From contig OY762897.2 in the NCBI GenBank assembly GCA_963666515.2, forward strand, positions 1,440,001 through 1,504,000: a stretch of DNA of 64,000 nt. The letters run 5' to 3'. Position numbers and translations under genes: made by a program. This document shows positions 44,423 through 55,991 of the stretch, piece after piece. Origin of the DNA: Candidatus Binatia bacterium. Its GTDB lineage: Bacteria > Desulfobacterota > Binatia > UBA9968 > JAJDTQ01. The notes under the pieces are model-generated. The model was not told the DNA's origin, ran no database searches, and saw only the letters and a program-made list of their open reading frames with translations. Within the stretch, counting starts at the first letter, position 1. Every line of letters starts with the position of its first letter.

Positions 44423-44524
44423 CCGTCATTCCGGCGAAAGCCGGAATCCAGGGGGTGGGGCCGGACGGGGCGCTACCGCCTCTCCCTCACCCGCCCTGGA
44501 TTCCGGCTTCCGCCGGAATGACGG
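44423..44524. repeat. Paired inverted REP/dRS3-like palindromes (about 100-bp unit)
   Basis: CCGTCATTCCGGCGAAAGCCGGAATCCAGGG ... CCCTGGATTCCGGCTTCCGCCGGAATGACGG. Confidence 0.85.
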
Positions 44525-44527
44525 GTT

Positions 44528-45484
<957 letters not shown>

Positions 45485-46747
45485 TTACATGTTGGAGACG
45501 ATGGCGTCGCCGAACTCCGAGCACTTGAGCAGCTTGGCGCCGGTCATGAGCCGCTCGAAATCGTAGGTCACGGTCTTCTGCGCGATGGTCTCCTCCAGGC
45601 CCTGGATCACCAGGTCCGCGGCTTCGTCCCAGCCCAGGTGACGCAGCATCATCTCGCCGGAAAGGATCACCGAGCCGGGGTTGACCTTGTCCTGGCCGGC
45701 GTACTTGGGCGCGGTGCCGTGGGTAGCCTCGAACAGGGCGTGGCCGCTGTCGTAGTTGATGTTGCCGCCCGGGGCGATGCCGATGCCGCCCACCTGGGCC
45801 GCCAGCGCGTCCGAGATGAGGTCGCCGGTGAGGTTCATGGTGGGGATCACGTCGAACTCGTCGGGACGGGTGAGGATCTGCTGCAGGAACGCGTCAGTGA
45901 TGGCGTCCTTGATGAGGATCTGGCCCTCGTCCGGCCGGCCGCCACAGTCCTCCCACGACACCACCTTGTCGCCGAACTCGCGCTTGGCGAGCGCGTAGCC
46001 CCAGCGCATGAAGGCGCCCTCGGTGTACTTCTGGATGTTGCCCTTGTGCACCAGCGTGACGTTGCGGCGGTTGTGGTCCACGGCGTAGCGGATGGCCGCG
46101 CGGATGAGCCGCTCCGAGCCCTCGATGGAGATGGGCTTGATGCCGATGCTGGCGGTGTCGGGAAAGCGGATGCTCTTGACCCCCATCTCTTCGCGCAGGA
46201 ACTTGACCACCTTCTCGGCCTCGGGGGTGCCGGTCTCCCACTCGATGCCGGCGTAGATGTCCTCGGTGTTCTCGCGGAAGATCACCATGTCCACCAGGTG
46301 AGGCCGCACCACCGGCGACGGCACGCCCTTGAAGTAGCGCACGGGCCGGAGGCAGACGTAGAGGTCCAGGACTTGGCGCAGGGTCACGTTGAGGCTGCGG
46401 AAGCCCTCGCCCACCGGGGTGGTCAGGGGACCCTTGATGGCCACGAGGTACTCGCGGATGACGTCCACGGTCTCCTGCGGCAGCAGGCTCGGCGGACAGT
46501 CGTCGCCGTAGACCGCCTCGGCCTTCTCGCCGGCGTAGACCTCCATCCAGGAGATCTTCTTCTTGCCGCCGTAGGCCTTCGCCACCGCGCCGTCCAGCAC
46601 CCGCACCGCGGCCGCCCAGATGTCGACACCGATGCCGTCGCCTTCGATGAACGGGATGATGGGATTGTCGGGGACCTGCAGCTTGCCGCCGGAAAGCGAG
46701 ACCTTCGCCCCTTCGGACGGCACATTGACGTGTAGATAGCTTGCCAT
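45485..46747 (-). CDS. icd: NADP-dependent isocitrate dehydrogenase
   Basis: [28 protein letters not shown]. Confidence 0.97.
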   Translation of the reverse strand: MASYLHVNVPSEGAKVSLSGGKLQVPDNPIIPFIEGDGIGVDIWAAAVRVLDGAVAKAYGGKKKISWMEVYAGEKAEAVYGDDCPPSLLPQETVDVIREYLVAIKGPLTTPVGEGFRSLNVTLRQVLDLYVCLRPVRYFKGVPSPVVRPHLVDMVIFRENTEDIYAGIEWETGTPEAEKVVKFLREEMGVKSIRFPDTASIGIKPISIEGSERLIRAAIRYAVDHNRRNVTLVHKGNIQKYTEGAFMRWGYALAKREFGDKVVSWEDCGGRPDEGQILIKDAITDAFLQQILTRPDEFDVIPTMNLTGDLISDALAAQVGGIGIAPGGNINYDSGHALFEATHGTAPKYAGQDKVNPGSVILSGEMMLRHLGWDEAADLVIQGLEETIAQKTVTYDFERLMTGAKLLKCSEFGDAIVSNM

Positions 46748-46981
46748 GATTCTCCTCTGATCTCTCCTGATCTTTGAGATGTCCCGAGGACCGATCCGGT
46801 CTCGGAGGTCCCGAAGCCGGGCATGAACTCGGCGAGATCAAGCATCCGGTCCGGGCTATGAGCGCGGTTTGACAGATCAGGCTTAACCAATCTCCGGCGG
46901 TGAGTCAAGCGAACGCTCCGCCGCGCGCGGCCCCGGGGCGCGCATGTCATTTCCGGACGAACCCGTTATATTGACCGACTG

Positions 46982-47761
46982 TTGACCGACTTGGATCGCG
47001 TGGAGGGGACTTGGCGCGGCGTTCCTGCCCGGAGGGTGGTCTTGAGCGTGCGGATGGACAGGGTGTCGAAGGTTTACGGGCTCCTGTGGGCCTTGAGAGA
47101 GGTGCGGCTGGAGCTTGAACCCGGTGAGTGGGTGGCGCTCCTGGGGCCCAACGGCGCCGGGAAGACCACGCTCCTGAGGCTTCTGGCCGCCTTGGCCTAC
47201 CCCACCGCCGGCGCCGTCGAGTTGTTCGGACAGCCGCTCCCCTACGGCAATTCCCCGTTGCGCGGAAAGATCGGGTTCCTTGCCTCGGGCGGACATCTGT
47301 ACGACAACCTGACCGTGAGCGAGAACTTGCGGTTCTTCGTCTCGCTGTATCGCGGGGACGCCACCGCGGAAGAGCGCCGGGCGGTGCTGGACGAGGTGGG
47401 GCTGCACGAGAAGACCGGCGAATACGTCTCCACGCTGTCCCTGGGCATGCGCTGCCGGCTGGCCGTCGCCAAGTGGCGGCTCGTGAAGCCCAGGCTGCTG
47501 CTGGTGGACGAGCCCTACGGCGCGCTGGACCCCTCCGGCGTGGACATGCTGAACCGCTTCCTGGAATCGCTGTGCGCCGCCGGCGGCATCGTGGTGCTGG
47601 CCACCCACGACGTGCCGCGGGTCCTCGAACGGTGTTCCAGGGCGGTGATCCTCAGCCGGGGACGGGTGGTCTTCGACGAGCCCCGGCAGGACCCCTGGGA
47701 CAGCTTCCACACGGCCTTCAACGGCGTCGTTTCTTCCCAGGACACGGGCGGCCCGCGTTGA
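46982..47761 (+). CDS. ccmA: Heme ABC exporter ATP-binding protein
   Basis: GPNGAGKT, LSLGM, VDEP; operon context; start uncertain. Confidence 0.9.
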   Translation: MTDLDRVEGTWRGVPARRVVLSVRMDRVSKVYGLLWALREVRLELEPGEWVALLGPNGAGKTTLLRLLAALAYPTAGAVELFGQPLPYGNSPLRGKIGFLASGGHLYDNLTVSENLRFFVSLYRGDATAEERRAVLDEVGLHEKTGEYVSTLSLGMRCRLAVAKWRLVKPRLLLVDEPYGALDPSGVDMLNRFLESLCAAGGIVVLATHDVPRVLERCSRAVILSRGRVVFDEPRQDPWDSFHTAFNGVVSSQDTGGPR

Positions 47762-48438
47762 CCGGCGTCCTGAGACAGGTCTACTGGCTCCTCTGGAAGG
47801 ACTTCCTGCTGGAGGTGCGCCGGCGCGACAACCTGCTGTCGATGTTCTTCTTCGGCCTGTCCCTGCTCTTCCTCTTCTCGTTCGCCTTCGAGATCACCCG
47901 CGACAACGTCTCGCGCATGGCGCCGGGACTGCTGTGGCTGGCCTTCATGTTCAGCGGCACCCTGGCCCTGGGGCAGCTTTTCCAGGGCGACCGCGAGAAC
48001 GACTGCCTCGACGCGCTGCTGCTGGCGCCCATGGACCGGGGCGCCTACTACCTGGCCAAGGTGCTGTTCAACTTTTCGCTCATGCTGCTGCTGGAAGTCT
48101 TCATCCTGCCGCTGTTCGGCATCCTGTTCCGCCTGGACTTCTGGCACCTGCTGCCCGACGTATTCCTCTACACGCTGCTCGGGACCCTGGGCTTCTGCGT
48201 GGTCGGCGTCCTGTTCGCCGCGGTGACGCTGCGCGCCCGTGCGCGGGCCCTGCTGCTGCCGGTGCTGCTCTTTCCCCTGATGATCCCGGTGATCCTGGGC
48301 ACCGTCCGCAGTCTTCAGATCATCCTGGGAGCAGGCGCCGCTCCTGATCTCGTTCCCTGGTTCCGCCTGCTGGTGGGCTTCGACCTGATCTTCATCACCG
48401 CCGGCTTCCTTTTGCTGGAGTGGGTGCTCGACGGCTGA
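47758..48438 (+). CDS. ccmB: Heme exporter protein B
   Basis: TTG start overlaps the ccmA stop; LLWKD..LE.R, multiple TM segments. Confidence 0.9.
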   Translation: MTGVLRQVYWLLWKDFLLEVRRRDNLLSMFFFGLSLLFLFSFAFEITRDNVSRMAPGLLWLAFMFSGTLALGQLFQGDRENDCLDALLLAPMDRGAYYLAKVLFNFSLMLLLEVFILPLFGILFRLDFWHLLPDVFLYTLLGTLGFCVVGVLFAAVTLRARARALLLPVLLFPLMIPVILGTVRSLQIILGAGAAPDLVPWFRLLVGFDLIFITAGFLLLEWVLDG

Positions 48439-48500
48439 TTCCATCCGCAATTGGGAACCGCGGCCCGCCGGTGCTATCATTACGCGGAGAGGGAACGAAC

Positions 48501-48530
48501 CCCTGGATTCCGGCTTTCGCCGGAATGACG
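48501..48530. repeat. REP/dRS3-like palindrome
   Basis: CCCTGGATTCCGGCTTTCGCCGGAATGACG. Confidence 0.8.
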
Positions 48531-48564
48531 ATTTCGGGGCCTCCTTTCCATTTCGTAACAGTCC

Positions 48565-49251
48565 ATGGCTAGACGAATTCTCGGTACGCTGGCGCTTCTT
48601 CTGATCGTCACTGGTCTCTATTGGGGGCTGGTGGAGGCGCCGCCGGACGCCCGGCAGGGTGAGACCCAGCGCATCATGTACCTCCACATCCCCAGCATCC
48701 TGGTGGCGTACCTGTCGTTCTTCATCGTGTTCGTGGCGAGCTGCCTCTACCTGTGGAAGGGCGAGCGCCGGGACGACATCCTCGCCCACTCGGCCGCAGA
48801 GATCGGCGTGCTGTTCACCGCCCTGACCATCGTGGAGGGCTCCATCTGGGGCAAGCCCACCTGGGGGGTGTGGTGGACCTGGGACGCCCGGCTGACCCTC
48901 ACCGCCATCCTGCTGCTGATCTTCTCCGGCTACCTGCTGCTCCGGTCGCTGATAGATGACCAGCGGCGCGCGGCCGTATCGGGAGCGATCCTCGGCATCA
49001 TCGGGTTCCTGGACATCCCGCTGATACACATGTCGGTGTACTGGTGGCGCACCCTGCACCAGCCCCCTTCCATCCTGCGCCCGGACAAGGCGCCGTGGGA
49101 CAACATCGATCCGTCCATGCTGTGGCCGCTGGGCATCAACTTTCTGGCGTTCATGGTGCTGTTCTTCTACCTGCTGTCGTTGCGCTTCCACCTGGGGGAG
49201 GTGGAGGACGAAGCGCGCCGAAACCGGCTCTACGACGCCTCGCCGGCTTGA
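48565..49251 (+). CDS. ccmC: Heme exporter protein C
   Basis: WGKPTWGVWWTWDARLT, WWRTLHQ. Confidence 0.95.
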   Translation: MARRILGTLALLLIVTGLYWGLVEAPPDARQGETQRIMYLHIPSILVAYLSFFIVFVASCLYLWKGERRDDILAHSAAEIGVLFTALTIVEGSIWGKPTWGVWWTWDARLTLTAILLLIFSGYLLLRSLIDDQRRAAVSGAILGIIGFLDIPLIHMSVYWWRTLHQPPSILRPDKAPWDNIDPSMLWPLGINFLAFMVLFFYLLSLRFHLGEVEDEARRNRLYDASPA

Positions 49252-49270
49252 CCCTGGGGAGCGTGGATCC

Positions 49271-49417
49271 ATGGGACACTGGGGTTTCGTTTTTCTCGCC
49301 TACGGCATAGTCTGGTGCAGCATCGCCGTCTATACCCTGCTCCTGAAACGGCGCATCCGGCGGGCCGCGGCGGCCGCGGAGACCCCCCGGAGCGACGACC
49401 GAGGCGAACGCACATGA
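49271..49417 (+). CDS. ccmD: Heme exporter protein D (48 aa, below the ORF-track cutoff)
   Basis: MGHWGFVFLAYGIVW...LLKRRIRR; stop overlaps the ccmE ATG. Confidence 0.8.
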   Translation: MGHWGFVFLAYGIVWCSIAVYTLLLKRRIRRAAAAAETPRSDDRGERT

Positions 49418-49851
49418 AGCCCAGGTATCTCATCGGCGGCCTGATCATCGTCGGCGGGCTGGCCTACCTCATCTACGGCGCCATGCAGGAAGCCGTGGTC
49501 TACTTCGTGACGCCTTCCGAGCTGCGGGCGGAGGTCCCGGACACGGACCAGTTCCTCCGCGTGGGCGGCATGGTCCTCCCCGGCTCCCTCCAGAAGGATC
49601 TCGACCGCCGCACCTTCCGCTTCCGCATCACGGACGGCCAGGAGTCCATCTCCGTGTACTTTCAGGGGGTGCCGCCGGACCTCTTCTCCGAGGGCAAGGG
49701 CGCCGTGGTGGAGGGGCGCCTCGGCGAGGACGGCGTCTTCACCGCCTCCACGGTCATGGCCAAGCACGCCGAGGAGTACAGCCCGCACCCGGAAGGCGAA
49801 GACCCCGCCAGGAAACGGAGCTTCGTGCCCGCGCGGCCCGCGGGCGGCTAG
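49414..49851 (+). CDS. ccmE: Heme chaperone
   Basis: YFVTPSE, RVGGMV, PDLFSEG, AKHAEEY. Confidence 0.95.
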   Translation: MKPRYLIGGLIIVGGLAYLIYGAMQEAVVYFVTPSELRAEVPDTDQFLRVGGMVLPGSLQKDLDRRTFRFRITDGQESISVYFQGVPPDLFSEGKGAVVEGRLGEDGVFTASTVMAKHAEEYSPHPEGEDPARKRSFVPARPAGG

Positions 49852-49872
49852 TGTCCCGTCCGGTCAATTCGC

Positions 49873-51837
49873 ATGACCGCCATCCTGGGACATAGCTGCG
49901 TCCTCCTGGCGCTGGCGCTGGCGCTGTGGGGCATCGCGGCCCCGGTCCTTCACGCGCGCACGGGCAACCGGCGCTTCCATGACTCCGCCCGCTACGCCAT
50001 CGCCGGCCAGTTCCTGCTCGTGACCGCGGCCTCCGCGGCGTTGATCTACGCCCTGGTGGCCACCGACTTCTCCATCCGCTACGTGGCCTTCAACACCACC
50101 CGGGCCACCCCCGTCTACTACCGAGTCACCGGGCTGTGGGGCGCTCTGGAAGGGTCGCTGCTCCTGTGGGAGTGGATACTGATCATCTTCTCGGCGCTGG
50201 TGGCGTGGAGCTACCGCAGGCGCATGCAGGAGTTCATGCCCTGGGTGCTGATGGTGTTCTCCATCGTGTCGGCGTTCTTCCTTGCGGTCATCGGTTTTGC
50301 CTCCAACCCCTTCGAGACCCACTTTCCCGTGCCCGTCGACGGCCGGGGGCTCAACCCGCTCCTGGAAGACGCCAACATGCTGAGCCACCCGCCGCTCCTC
50401 TACACCGGGTTCGTGGGGCTCACGGTGCCGTTCGCCTTCGCCATGGCCGCGCTCATCCGCGGCAAGCTGGACCACGGCTGGATCGTCGCCACCCGGCGCT
50501 GGACCATCACCGCCTGGTTCTTCCTCACCCTGGGCAACCTGGTGGGAGCATGGTGGTCCTACCACGTGCTCGGCTGGGGCGGTTACTGGGCCTGGGATCC
50601 GGTGGAGAACGCCGCCTTCATGCCCTGGCTTCCGGCCACTGCGTTCCTGCACTCGGTGCAGGTCCAGGAACGGCGCGGCATGCTCAAGACCTGGAACCTG
50701 CTGCTGATCATCATCGCCTTCAGCCTCACCATCTTCGGGACGTTTCTCACGCGCTCGGGTATCCTTTCCTCGATCCACGCCTTTTCCTCCGGCCCGGTGG
50801 GGATGTACTTCCTGGGGTTCCTCGCCTTCGTGCTGATCTCGTCCCTGGGACTGCTGGCTTGGCGCAGCGAACAGCTTCGCGGGCAGCCCGAGCTGGACTC
50901 CGTGGTGAGCCGGGAATCGGCCTTCGTGCTGAACAACGTGGTGTTCGTGTCCGCGCTGTTCACCATCTTCCTCGGCACGGTCTTTCCGCTGCTGTCCCAG
51001 GCCGTGGCCGGGGTCCAGGTGAGCGTCGGCGCGCCGTACTTCAACAGCGTGACGGCGCCCCTGTTCCTGCTGCTGGTCTTCCTCATGGGAGTGGGTCCGC
51101 TCATTGCCTGGCGGCGTGCTTCCTGGGACAACCTCAAGCGGAACTTCACCTGGCCGACGGCGGCGTCCCTGGCTGTGGCCGTGGGGTTGTTCGCCGGCGG
51201 CGTCCGCGGCTTCCTCTCGCTGCTGGGCTTCACCCTGTGCGCCTTCACGGTCTGGACCATGGTCTTCGACACCTTTCTCTCCCTGCGCGCACGCCGCCGG
51301 CAGGCCGGAGAGGGGCCGTTGCGCGGGCTCGCCACCCTGGTCCGGCGCAACCAGCGCCGCTACGGCGGCTTCGTGGTGCACCTGGGAGTGGTGCTGGTGG
51401 TGCTGGGCATCGCCGGTTCCATGACCTACAGCATCGAGCGCGAGGCCACCCTGAGCGTCGGAGAGACCCTCCAGGCAGGACCTTACCGGGTGGCCTTCGA
51501 GGGGCTGCGGGGCTCCCAGCAGCCCACCCACTACCGGGTGGAGGGCGCGTTCAGGGTGTCACAGAACGGCGATGACCTGGGGCGCCTGTCGCCGGCGTTG
51601 AAGTTCTTCCCCATACAGGACTCGCCCATCGGCCGGGCGGTCTTCAGGAGCACGCTCAAGGAAGACCTCTACCTGATCCTCTCGGGTTTCAGCGAGGTGG
51701 ACCAGAACCGGGCCACCCTCAAAGTGCTGATCCGTCCGCTGGTGCTGTGGATCTGGCTCGGCGGAGCCGTCATGACCCTCGGCACGCTCATGACCATCCT
51801 GCCCCTGGGCAGGGGTCGCGCGGAGGCTGAAGCGTGA
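49873..51837 (+). CDS. ccmF: Heme lyase
   Basis: HPPLLY, LGWGGYWAWDPVENA, SIHAF. Confidence 0.97.
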   Translation: MTAILGHSCVLLALALALWGIAAPVLHARTGNRRFHDSARYAIAGQFLLVTAASAALIYALVATDFSIRYVAFNTTRATPVYYRVTGLWGALEGSLLLWEWILIIFSALVAWSYRRRMQEFMPWVLMVFSIVSAFFLAVIGFASNPFETHFPVPVDGRGLNPLLEDANMLSHPPLLYTGFVGLTVPFAFAMAALIRGKLDHGWIVATRRWTITAWFFLTLGNLVGAWWSYHVLGWGGYWAWDPVENAAFMPWLPATAFLHSVQVQERRGMLKTWNLLLIIIAFSLTIFGTFLTRSGILSSIHAFSSGPVGMYFLGFLAFVLISSLGLLAWRSEQLRGQPELDSVVSRESAFVLNNVVFVSALFTIFLGTVFPLLSQAVAGVQVSVGAPYFNSVTAPLFLLLVFLMGVGPLIAWRRASWDNLKRNFTWPTAASLAVAVGLFAGGVRGFLSLLGFTLCAFTVWTMVFDTFLSLRARRRQAGEGPLRGLATLVRRNQRRYGGFVVHLGVVLVVLGIAGSMTYSIEREATLSVGETLQAGPYRVAFEGLRGSQQPTHYRVEGAFRVSQNGDDLGRLSPALKFFPIQDSPIGRAVFRSTLKEDLYLILSGFSEVDQNRATLKVLIRPLVLWIWLGGAVMTLGTLMTILPLGRGRAEAEA

Positions 51838-52403
51838 CCCCCGCGGCGCGAAGACTCCTGTTCACCCTCATGGGGGTGGGGCTCGTGGTGATCCTGCTGG
51901 GCTACGGCTTCTACCAGGACCCCCGTTACATCCCCTCGCCCCTGGTAGGCCGCACCGCTCCAGACTTTTCCCTGGAGCTGTTCAACGGCGAGACGGTGCG
52001 CCTGTCCGAGCTTCGCGGCAAGACGGTGATGCTCGATTTCTGGGCCTCGTGGTGCGTGCCGTGCCGCGAGGAGGCCCGGGACCTGGAGGCGGCCTGGAAG
52101 CGGCAGGGTCACGACATCGTATTTCTCGGTATCAACATCCAGGACAGTAAGCCGGACGCCCTCAAGTTCATCGAAGAGTTCGGCATCACCTTTCTCAACG
52201 GCCAGGACCCCGACGGCAAGGTCTCGGTGGACTACGGCGTCTGGGGCATCCCTGAAGCCTTCTTCATCAGCCCCGCCGGAAGGATCACCTACAAGCACAT
52301 CGGCGCGATTCCGCCGCCGGTGCTGGCGGCCAAGTTGCAGGAGGCCCGACGCGACCTCGTCAGCACCGGCAGCGGCCGCGGCGAACACCAGGCCATACGA
52401 TGA
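51834..52403 (+). CDS. ccmG: Thiol:disulfide interchange protein CcmG/DsbE
   Basis: FWASWCVPC, YGVWGIPE. Confidence 0.88.
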   Translation: MTPAARRLLFTLMGVGLVVILLGYGFYQDPRYIPSPLVGRTAPDFSLELFNGETVRLSELRGKTVMLDFWASWCVPCREEARDLEAAWKRQGHDIVFLGINIQDSKPDALKFIEEFGITFLNGQDPDGKVSVDYGVWGIPEAFFISPAGRITYKHIGAIPPPVLAAKLQEARRDLVSTGSGRGEHQAIR

Positions 52404-53974
52404 AAATGCGAGTCACTACGGCGATTTGGGCTCTCATTCTCACGCTGGGCTTGAACGTTCACGCGGACCAGATACTGGAGGATCAGGTACGCGCCATCGC
52501 CTCGGAGCTCCGTTGCGTGGTGTGCCAGAACCTGTCCGTCGCCGACTCCCCGGCCGAGATGGCGGTGCAGATGCGCGGCATCGTGCGGCAGCAACTCCAG
52601 GCCGGCAAGACCCCGGACGAGATCCGCAGCTACTTCGTCTCCAAGTACGGCGAATGGGTCCTGCTGGCGCCGCCGGCTCACGGCTTCAATCTCACCGTAT
52701 GGATCCTGCCCTTCGCCGTCCTGCTCGGCGGACTCGGCTTCGCGTTGTGGTACCTTCGCCGATGGAGCGGCCGCCGGAGGGACGATCCGGATGAGCCCCT
52801 GGACCCGGAGCTGCTGGAGCGGGTCCGCGCCGAGGCCGCCGAAGCCGGGGCGGAGCCGGGACAATCACCGCCGGACGAGGAACAGCTCCGGCTCTACCAG
52901 GACCTCCGTGAGCTTGACTTCGACCACGAGGCCGGCAAGCTTTCGGAAGCCGACTACGAGGCGCTCAGGCAGCGCTATGAACGCCAGGCCGTGCGCCGGC
53001 TCGCGGAGACCCGCGAAAGCACGGCCGCGGTCCCGGAGACCGAGATGACGCAGACGATCCGTGCCAAAGGCGGCAGACGAGGCTGGGCGCTGGCCGCATG
53101 GGCGGTGGTGCTGCTGGCGGGCGGCGTCACCTTGGGCGTCCTGCTGGGGCAGTCCCTGCGGCCCCGGACCTCTACCGAGGACAGCATCACCGGCGACTTT
53201 CTGACCGGAACCGGCCCCGGCGGCATCGCCCGCCCGGGAGCGTCGGAAACACCGGCGGCGGCCCTGCGCCGGGGACAGGAAGCCTTCCAGCGGAAAGATT
53301 TCAAGAGCGCCATCGACGCCTTCCGTGCCGTCCTGGACCAAGACCCCGACCATCCCCTGGCCAACGCCTACATGGGAATGATCCTGGCCCAGGCCGGTCA
53401 TACCGACGCCGCCCTGAAGGCCCTCGACCGGGCCCTGTCCCGTACTCCCAACCTGCCCCTGGCCTTGTGGGCCAAGGGCATGATCCTTTTCCAGGAGGGG
53501 CGCGACCCGGCGGGCGCCCGGGAACACCTCCAACGCCTGGAGCGGCTGCTTCCGGAGGGCGGGCAGCGGGACTCCGTCCGCGACATCATCGCGCGGATCG
53601 GTCGGCAGCAGAAGGAACCGCCCGCGGCGTCGGCGGGGCCGCGGATCGAGGGCACCGTCCGGCTGGACCCAGAGCGCCCGGCCAAGGCCAGCGGACGCGC
53701 CGTCCTCTACATCGTCGCCAGACCTGCCGGAGCACAAGGCGGCCCTCCCCTAGCGGTCAAGCGCATCGCCGCGCCCGCCTTCCCGGTGTCCTTCTCCTTG
53801 GGTGCCGGCGACGTCATGATGCCGGGGGCGTCCTTCGAGGGGCCGCTGAATCTAAACGCGCGGCTGGACCGGGACGGCGATCCCCTTACAAGGGAAGCCG
53901 GAGAGCTGGCTGGCGTGCATGACGGGAACCCAGTGGAGCCGGGCGCCCGGGACGTCGTCATCACGCTGAAGTAG
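52400..53974 (+). CDS. ccmH: CcmH-CcmI(TPR) fusion
   Basis: LRCVVCQN, YGEWVL; TPRs and C-terminal PLAVKR domain. Confidence 0.9.
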   Translation: MKMRVTTAIWALILTLGLNVHADQILEDQVRAIASELRCVVCQNLSVADSPAEMAVQMRGIVRQQLQAGKTPDEIRSYFVSKYGEWVLLAPPAHGFNLTVWILPFAVLLGGLGFALWYLRRWSGRRRDDPDEPLDPELLERVRAEAAEAGAEPGQSPPDEEQLRLYQDLRELDFDHEAGKLSEADYEALRQRYERQAVRRLAETRESTAAVPETEMTQTIRAKGGRRGWALAAWAVVLLAGGVTLGVLLGQSLRPRTSTEDSITGDFLTGTGPGGIARPGASETPAAALRRGQEAFQRKDFKSAIDAFRAVLDQDPDHPLANAYMGMILAQAGHTDAALKALDRALSRTPNLPLALWAKGMILFQEGRDPAGAREHLQRLERLLPEGGQRDSVRDIIARIGRQQKEPPAASAGPRIEGTVRLDPERPAKASGRAVLYIVARPAGAQGGPPLAVKRIAAPAFPVSFSLGAGDVMMPGASFEGPLNLNARLDRDGDPLTREAGELAGVHDGNPVEPGARDVVITLK

Positions 53975-54046
53975 TGATCTGCAACAACTGATCTTGTATC
54001 AAGTCAACGACTGGGGTCCGGTAATCCACCCCGCCTATCCCCACCG

Positions 54047-54075
54047 CTGGACCCCGGGTCAAGGCCGGGGTGACG
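54047..54075. repeat. REP-like palindrome variant
   Basis: CTGGACCCCGG-GTCAAGG-CCGGGGTGACG. Confidence 0.6.
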
Positions 54076-54103
54076 GGATGTGTTCGGCGGGTACGGAGGC
54101 GGA

Positions 54104-54580
54104 TCAGTCCGCTTCGGGAAGCCGCTGATACTTGCCTTTGAAGAAGAGCAGCGGGCGGTCGCCCGCGGCCTGGGCGTGGATCACCTCGCCGAGGTAGATG
54201 GTGTGGTCGCCGCCGTCGTAGCCCTGGGTGACCGTGCACTCGATGTGCCCGATGGTCTCGTCCAGCACCGGGATGCCGTTGTCGCTCATGTGCCAGGCGG
54301 CATCCTGGAACTTCTCGATGCCCTTGGTGGCGAAGCGGTTGGCCAAGTGCTCCTGGTGCTCACCCAACAGGTTGACGGCGAACACGCGGGAATCCTCGAA
54401 ACAGTCGTAGCAGTTGGCCTTCTTGTCGATGCACACCAGCACCAGCGGCGGGTTCAGGGAAAGGGACGAGAAGGCGTTGGCGGTGATGCCGGTGGGGACT
54501 CCGGCCTTGTCCTTGGTGGTGACGATGGTCACTCCGGTGGCGAAGTGCCCCATCACGTGCCGGATCTCGCGTGCGTCCAT
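54104..54580 (-). CDS. Flavin reductase family protein
   Basis: FATGVTIVT, SLSLNPPLV, GGDHTIYLG. Confidence 0.92.
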   Translation of the reverse strand: MDAREIRHVMGHFATGVTIVTTKDKAGVPTGITANAFSSLSLNPPLVLVCIDKKANCYDCFEDSRVFAVNLLGEHQEHLANRFATKGIEKFQDAAWHMSDNGIPVLDETIGHIECTVTQGYDGGDHTIYLGEVIHAQAAGDRPLLFFKGKYQRLPEAD

Positions 54581-54693
54581 GGGGCACGGGGTAACAGACC
54601 GGGCGCCGCATTGTCAATCACCGCCACGGGCGGGGGCAGGCACGGGAATCGTGGCTGGAGATGAGGCGTGATGAACGGACCGCCGGGCCGGCT

Positions 54694-55131
54694 TCAGCTA
54701 TCCAATTCCGGCTTCGGCAGCATCATGTAAGGGATGTTGTCGTCATCGAGGGACTCCCGCTCCTCCGGCGTGGCGGTGCCGTGGATGGGGCGCTCCTCGA
54801 CTTCGCCGTCCTGGATGCGGCGGGCTTCCTGGGCGAAACGCGGACCCACGTCCTCGAAATTGTTCTGGACGTAGTGATGGACCCGGATCAGCGCTTCCTT
54901 GAAATGCTCGGGCGTGGGCATGGCGGGCTTGGAACGCAGCTCGACGGGAGCCGGCGCCGCTTCCTTCTTCATGTGGACCGCGCAGGTATGGGGCAGCTTG
55001 GTGACGGCCGTGGAGCCGCAAACGGGGCAGGCGATCTGGTTTCGGGACAACTGCTTCTGGTAGTTCTCCGGCCCGGAGAACCACCCTTCGAAACCGTGGT
55101 CGTTGTCACATGTGAGATCGTAGATGACCAT
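54694..55131 (-). CDS. DUF1178 family protein
   Basis: YDLTCDNDHGFEGWF, CPVCGS, VGPRFAQEARRI. Confidence 0.88.
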   Translation of the reverse strand: MVIYDLTCDNDHGFEGWFSGPENYQKQLSRNQIACPVCGSTAVTKLPHTCAVHMKKEAAPAPVELRSKPAMPTPEHFKEALIRVHHYVQNNFEDVGPRFAQEARRIQDGEVEERPIHGTATPEERESLDDDNIPYMMLPKPELDS

Positions 55132-55172
55132 GCCATCACCTGTTGCGAAGGTAACGCCGGCTCCGGGGGATG

Positions 55173-55991
55173 TCAAGATAACAGGAAATCCGTCACCACC
55201 TGGACGAAAGTGTCCCGCTCCTCGATCTGCGGCTCATGGGCCGAGTCCCGGAACCGGTAGACGCTGGAGCCCGGCACGATGGCCTGCAGGCGTTCGTCCC
55301 AGTCGGACTGGTTCAGAGGGTCGTAGTCACAGGAAATGATGAGCAGCGGCACATCCACGTTGGAGAGTTGCTGTTTGAAAGCCTCCACGGTGGAGCCCCG
55401 TTCGAATCCCGGCCGCTTCAGGCGGGCTGCTGACAGCGCCTCCCAGGCTCCGGGTCGGATCGAGTCGGCGTAGCGCACTTCCACGCACTCCGGGGTGAGC
55501 CACTTCTCGTCGTGGAACAGCAGCTTGAGGAGCTTGCGCATGTTCTCCGGGCTGGGCGTGTAGTCCTCGATGTCGGCCTGGGACTCGCTCTTGAACACTC
55601 CGGCGTTGCCGCAGATGGTCACCATCTTCTTCATGTTCAGAGGCGAGGGGTTGCGCACGGCGCTCCGCAAGAGCGTGCCGCCGCCGGCCGAGTTACCCAC
55701 GTAAAACGCCTCGCCCACGCCCGCCACTTCCATGAGCTGCGCCAGATGCGTCATCCGGAACCCGGAAGGATCGGAAAAACTGTAGATCTTGGCGGTGGCG
55801 CCGTAGCCCAGCATGTCGGGGGCGATGATGTGAAAATTGTCGGCCAGCCGGCCGATGGCCGGACCCCAGGTGGCCTCCGCGGAGGCGCCGTACTCGCCGC
55901 CGTGGAGCAGCACCAGGTCGGGCCCTTCCCCCGCTTCCAGGTAATGGGTCTCGATGCCGCCGACCCGGAGCGTACGATGTTGATACGACAT
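55173..55991 (-). CDS. Alpha/beta hydrolase
   Basis: LLHGG, PDMLGYG, GNSAGG, AHEPQIE. Confidence 0.9.
   Translation of the reverse strand: MSYQHRTLRVGGIETHYLEAGEGPDLVLLHGGEYGASAEATWGPAIGRLADNFHIIAPDMLGYGATAKIYSFSDPSGFRMTHLAQLMEVAGVGEAFYVGNSAGGGTLLRSAVRNPSPLNMKKMVTICGNAGVFKSESQADIEDYTPSPENMRKLLKLLFHDEKWLTPECVEVRYADSIRPGAWEALSAARLKRPGFERGSTVEAFKQQLSNVDVPLLIISCDYDPLNQSDWDERLQAIVPGSSVYRFRDSAHEPQIEERDTFVQVVTDFLLS

Noticed and set aside
47128-47757. Extension of ccmB (436-aa call)
   Set aside because: Overlaps ccmA; CcmB similarity starts at TTG 47758
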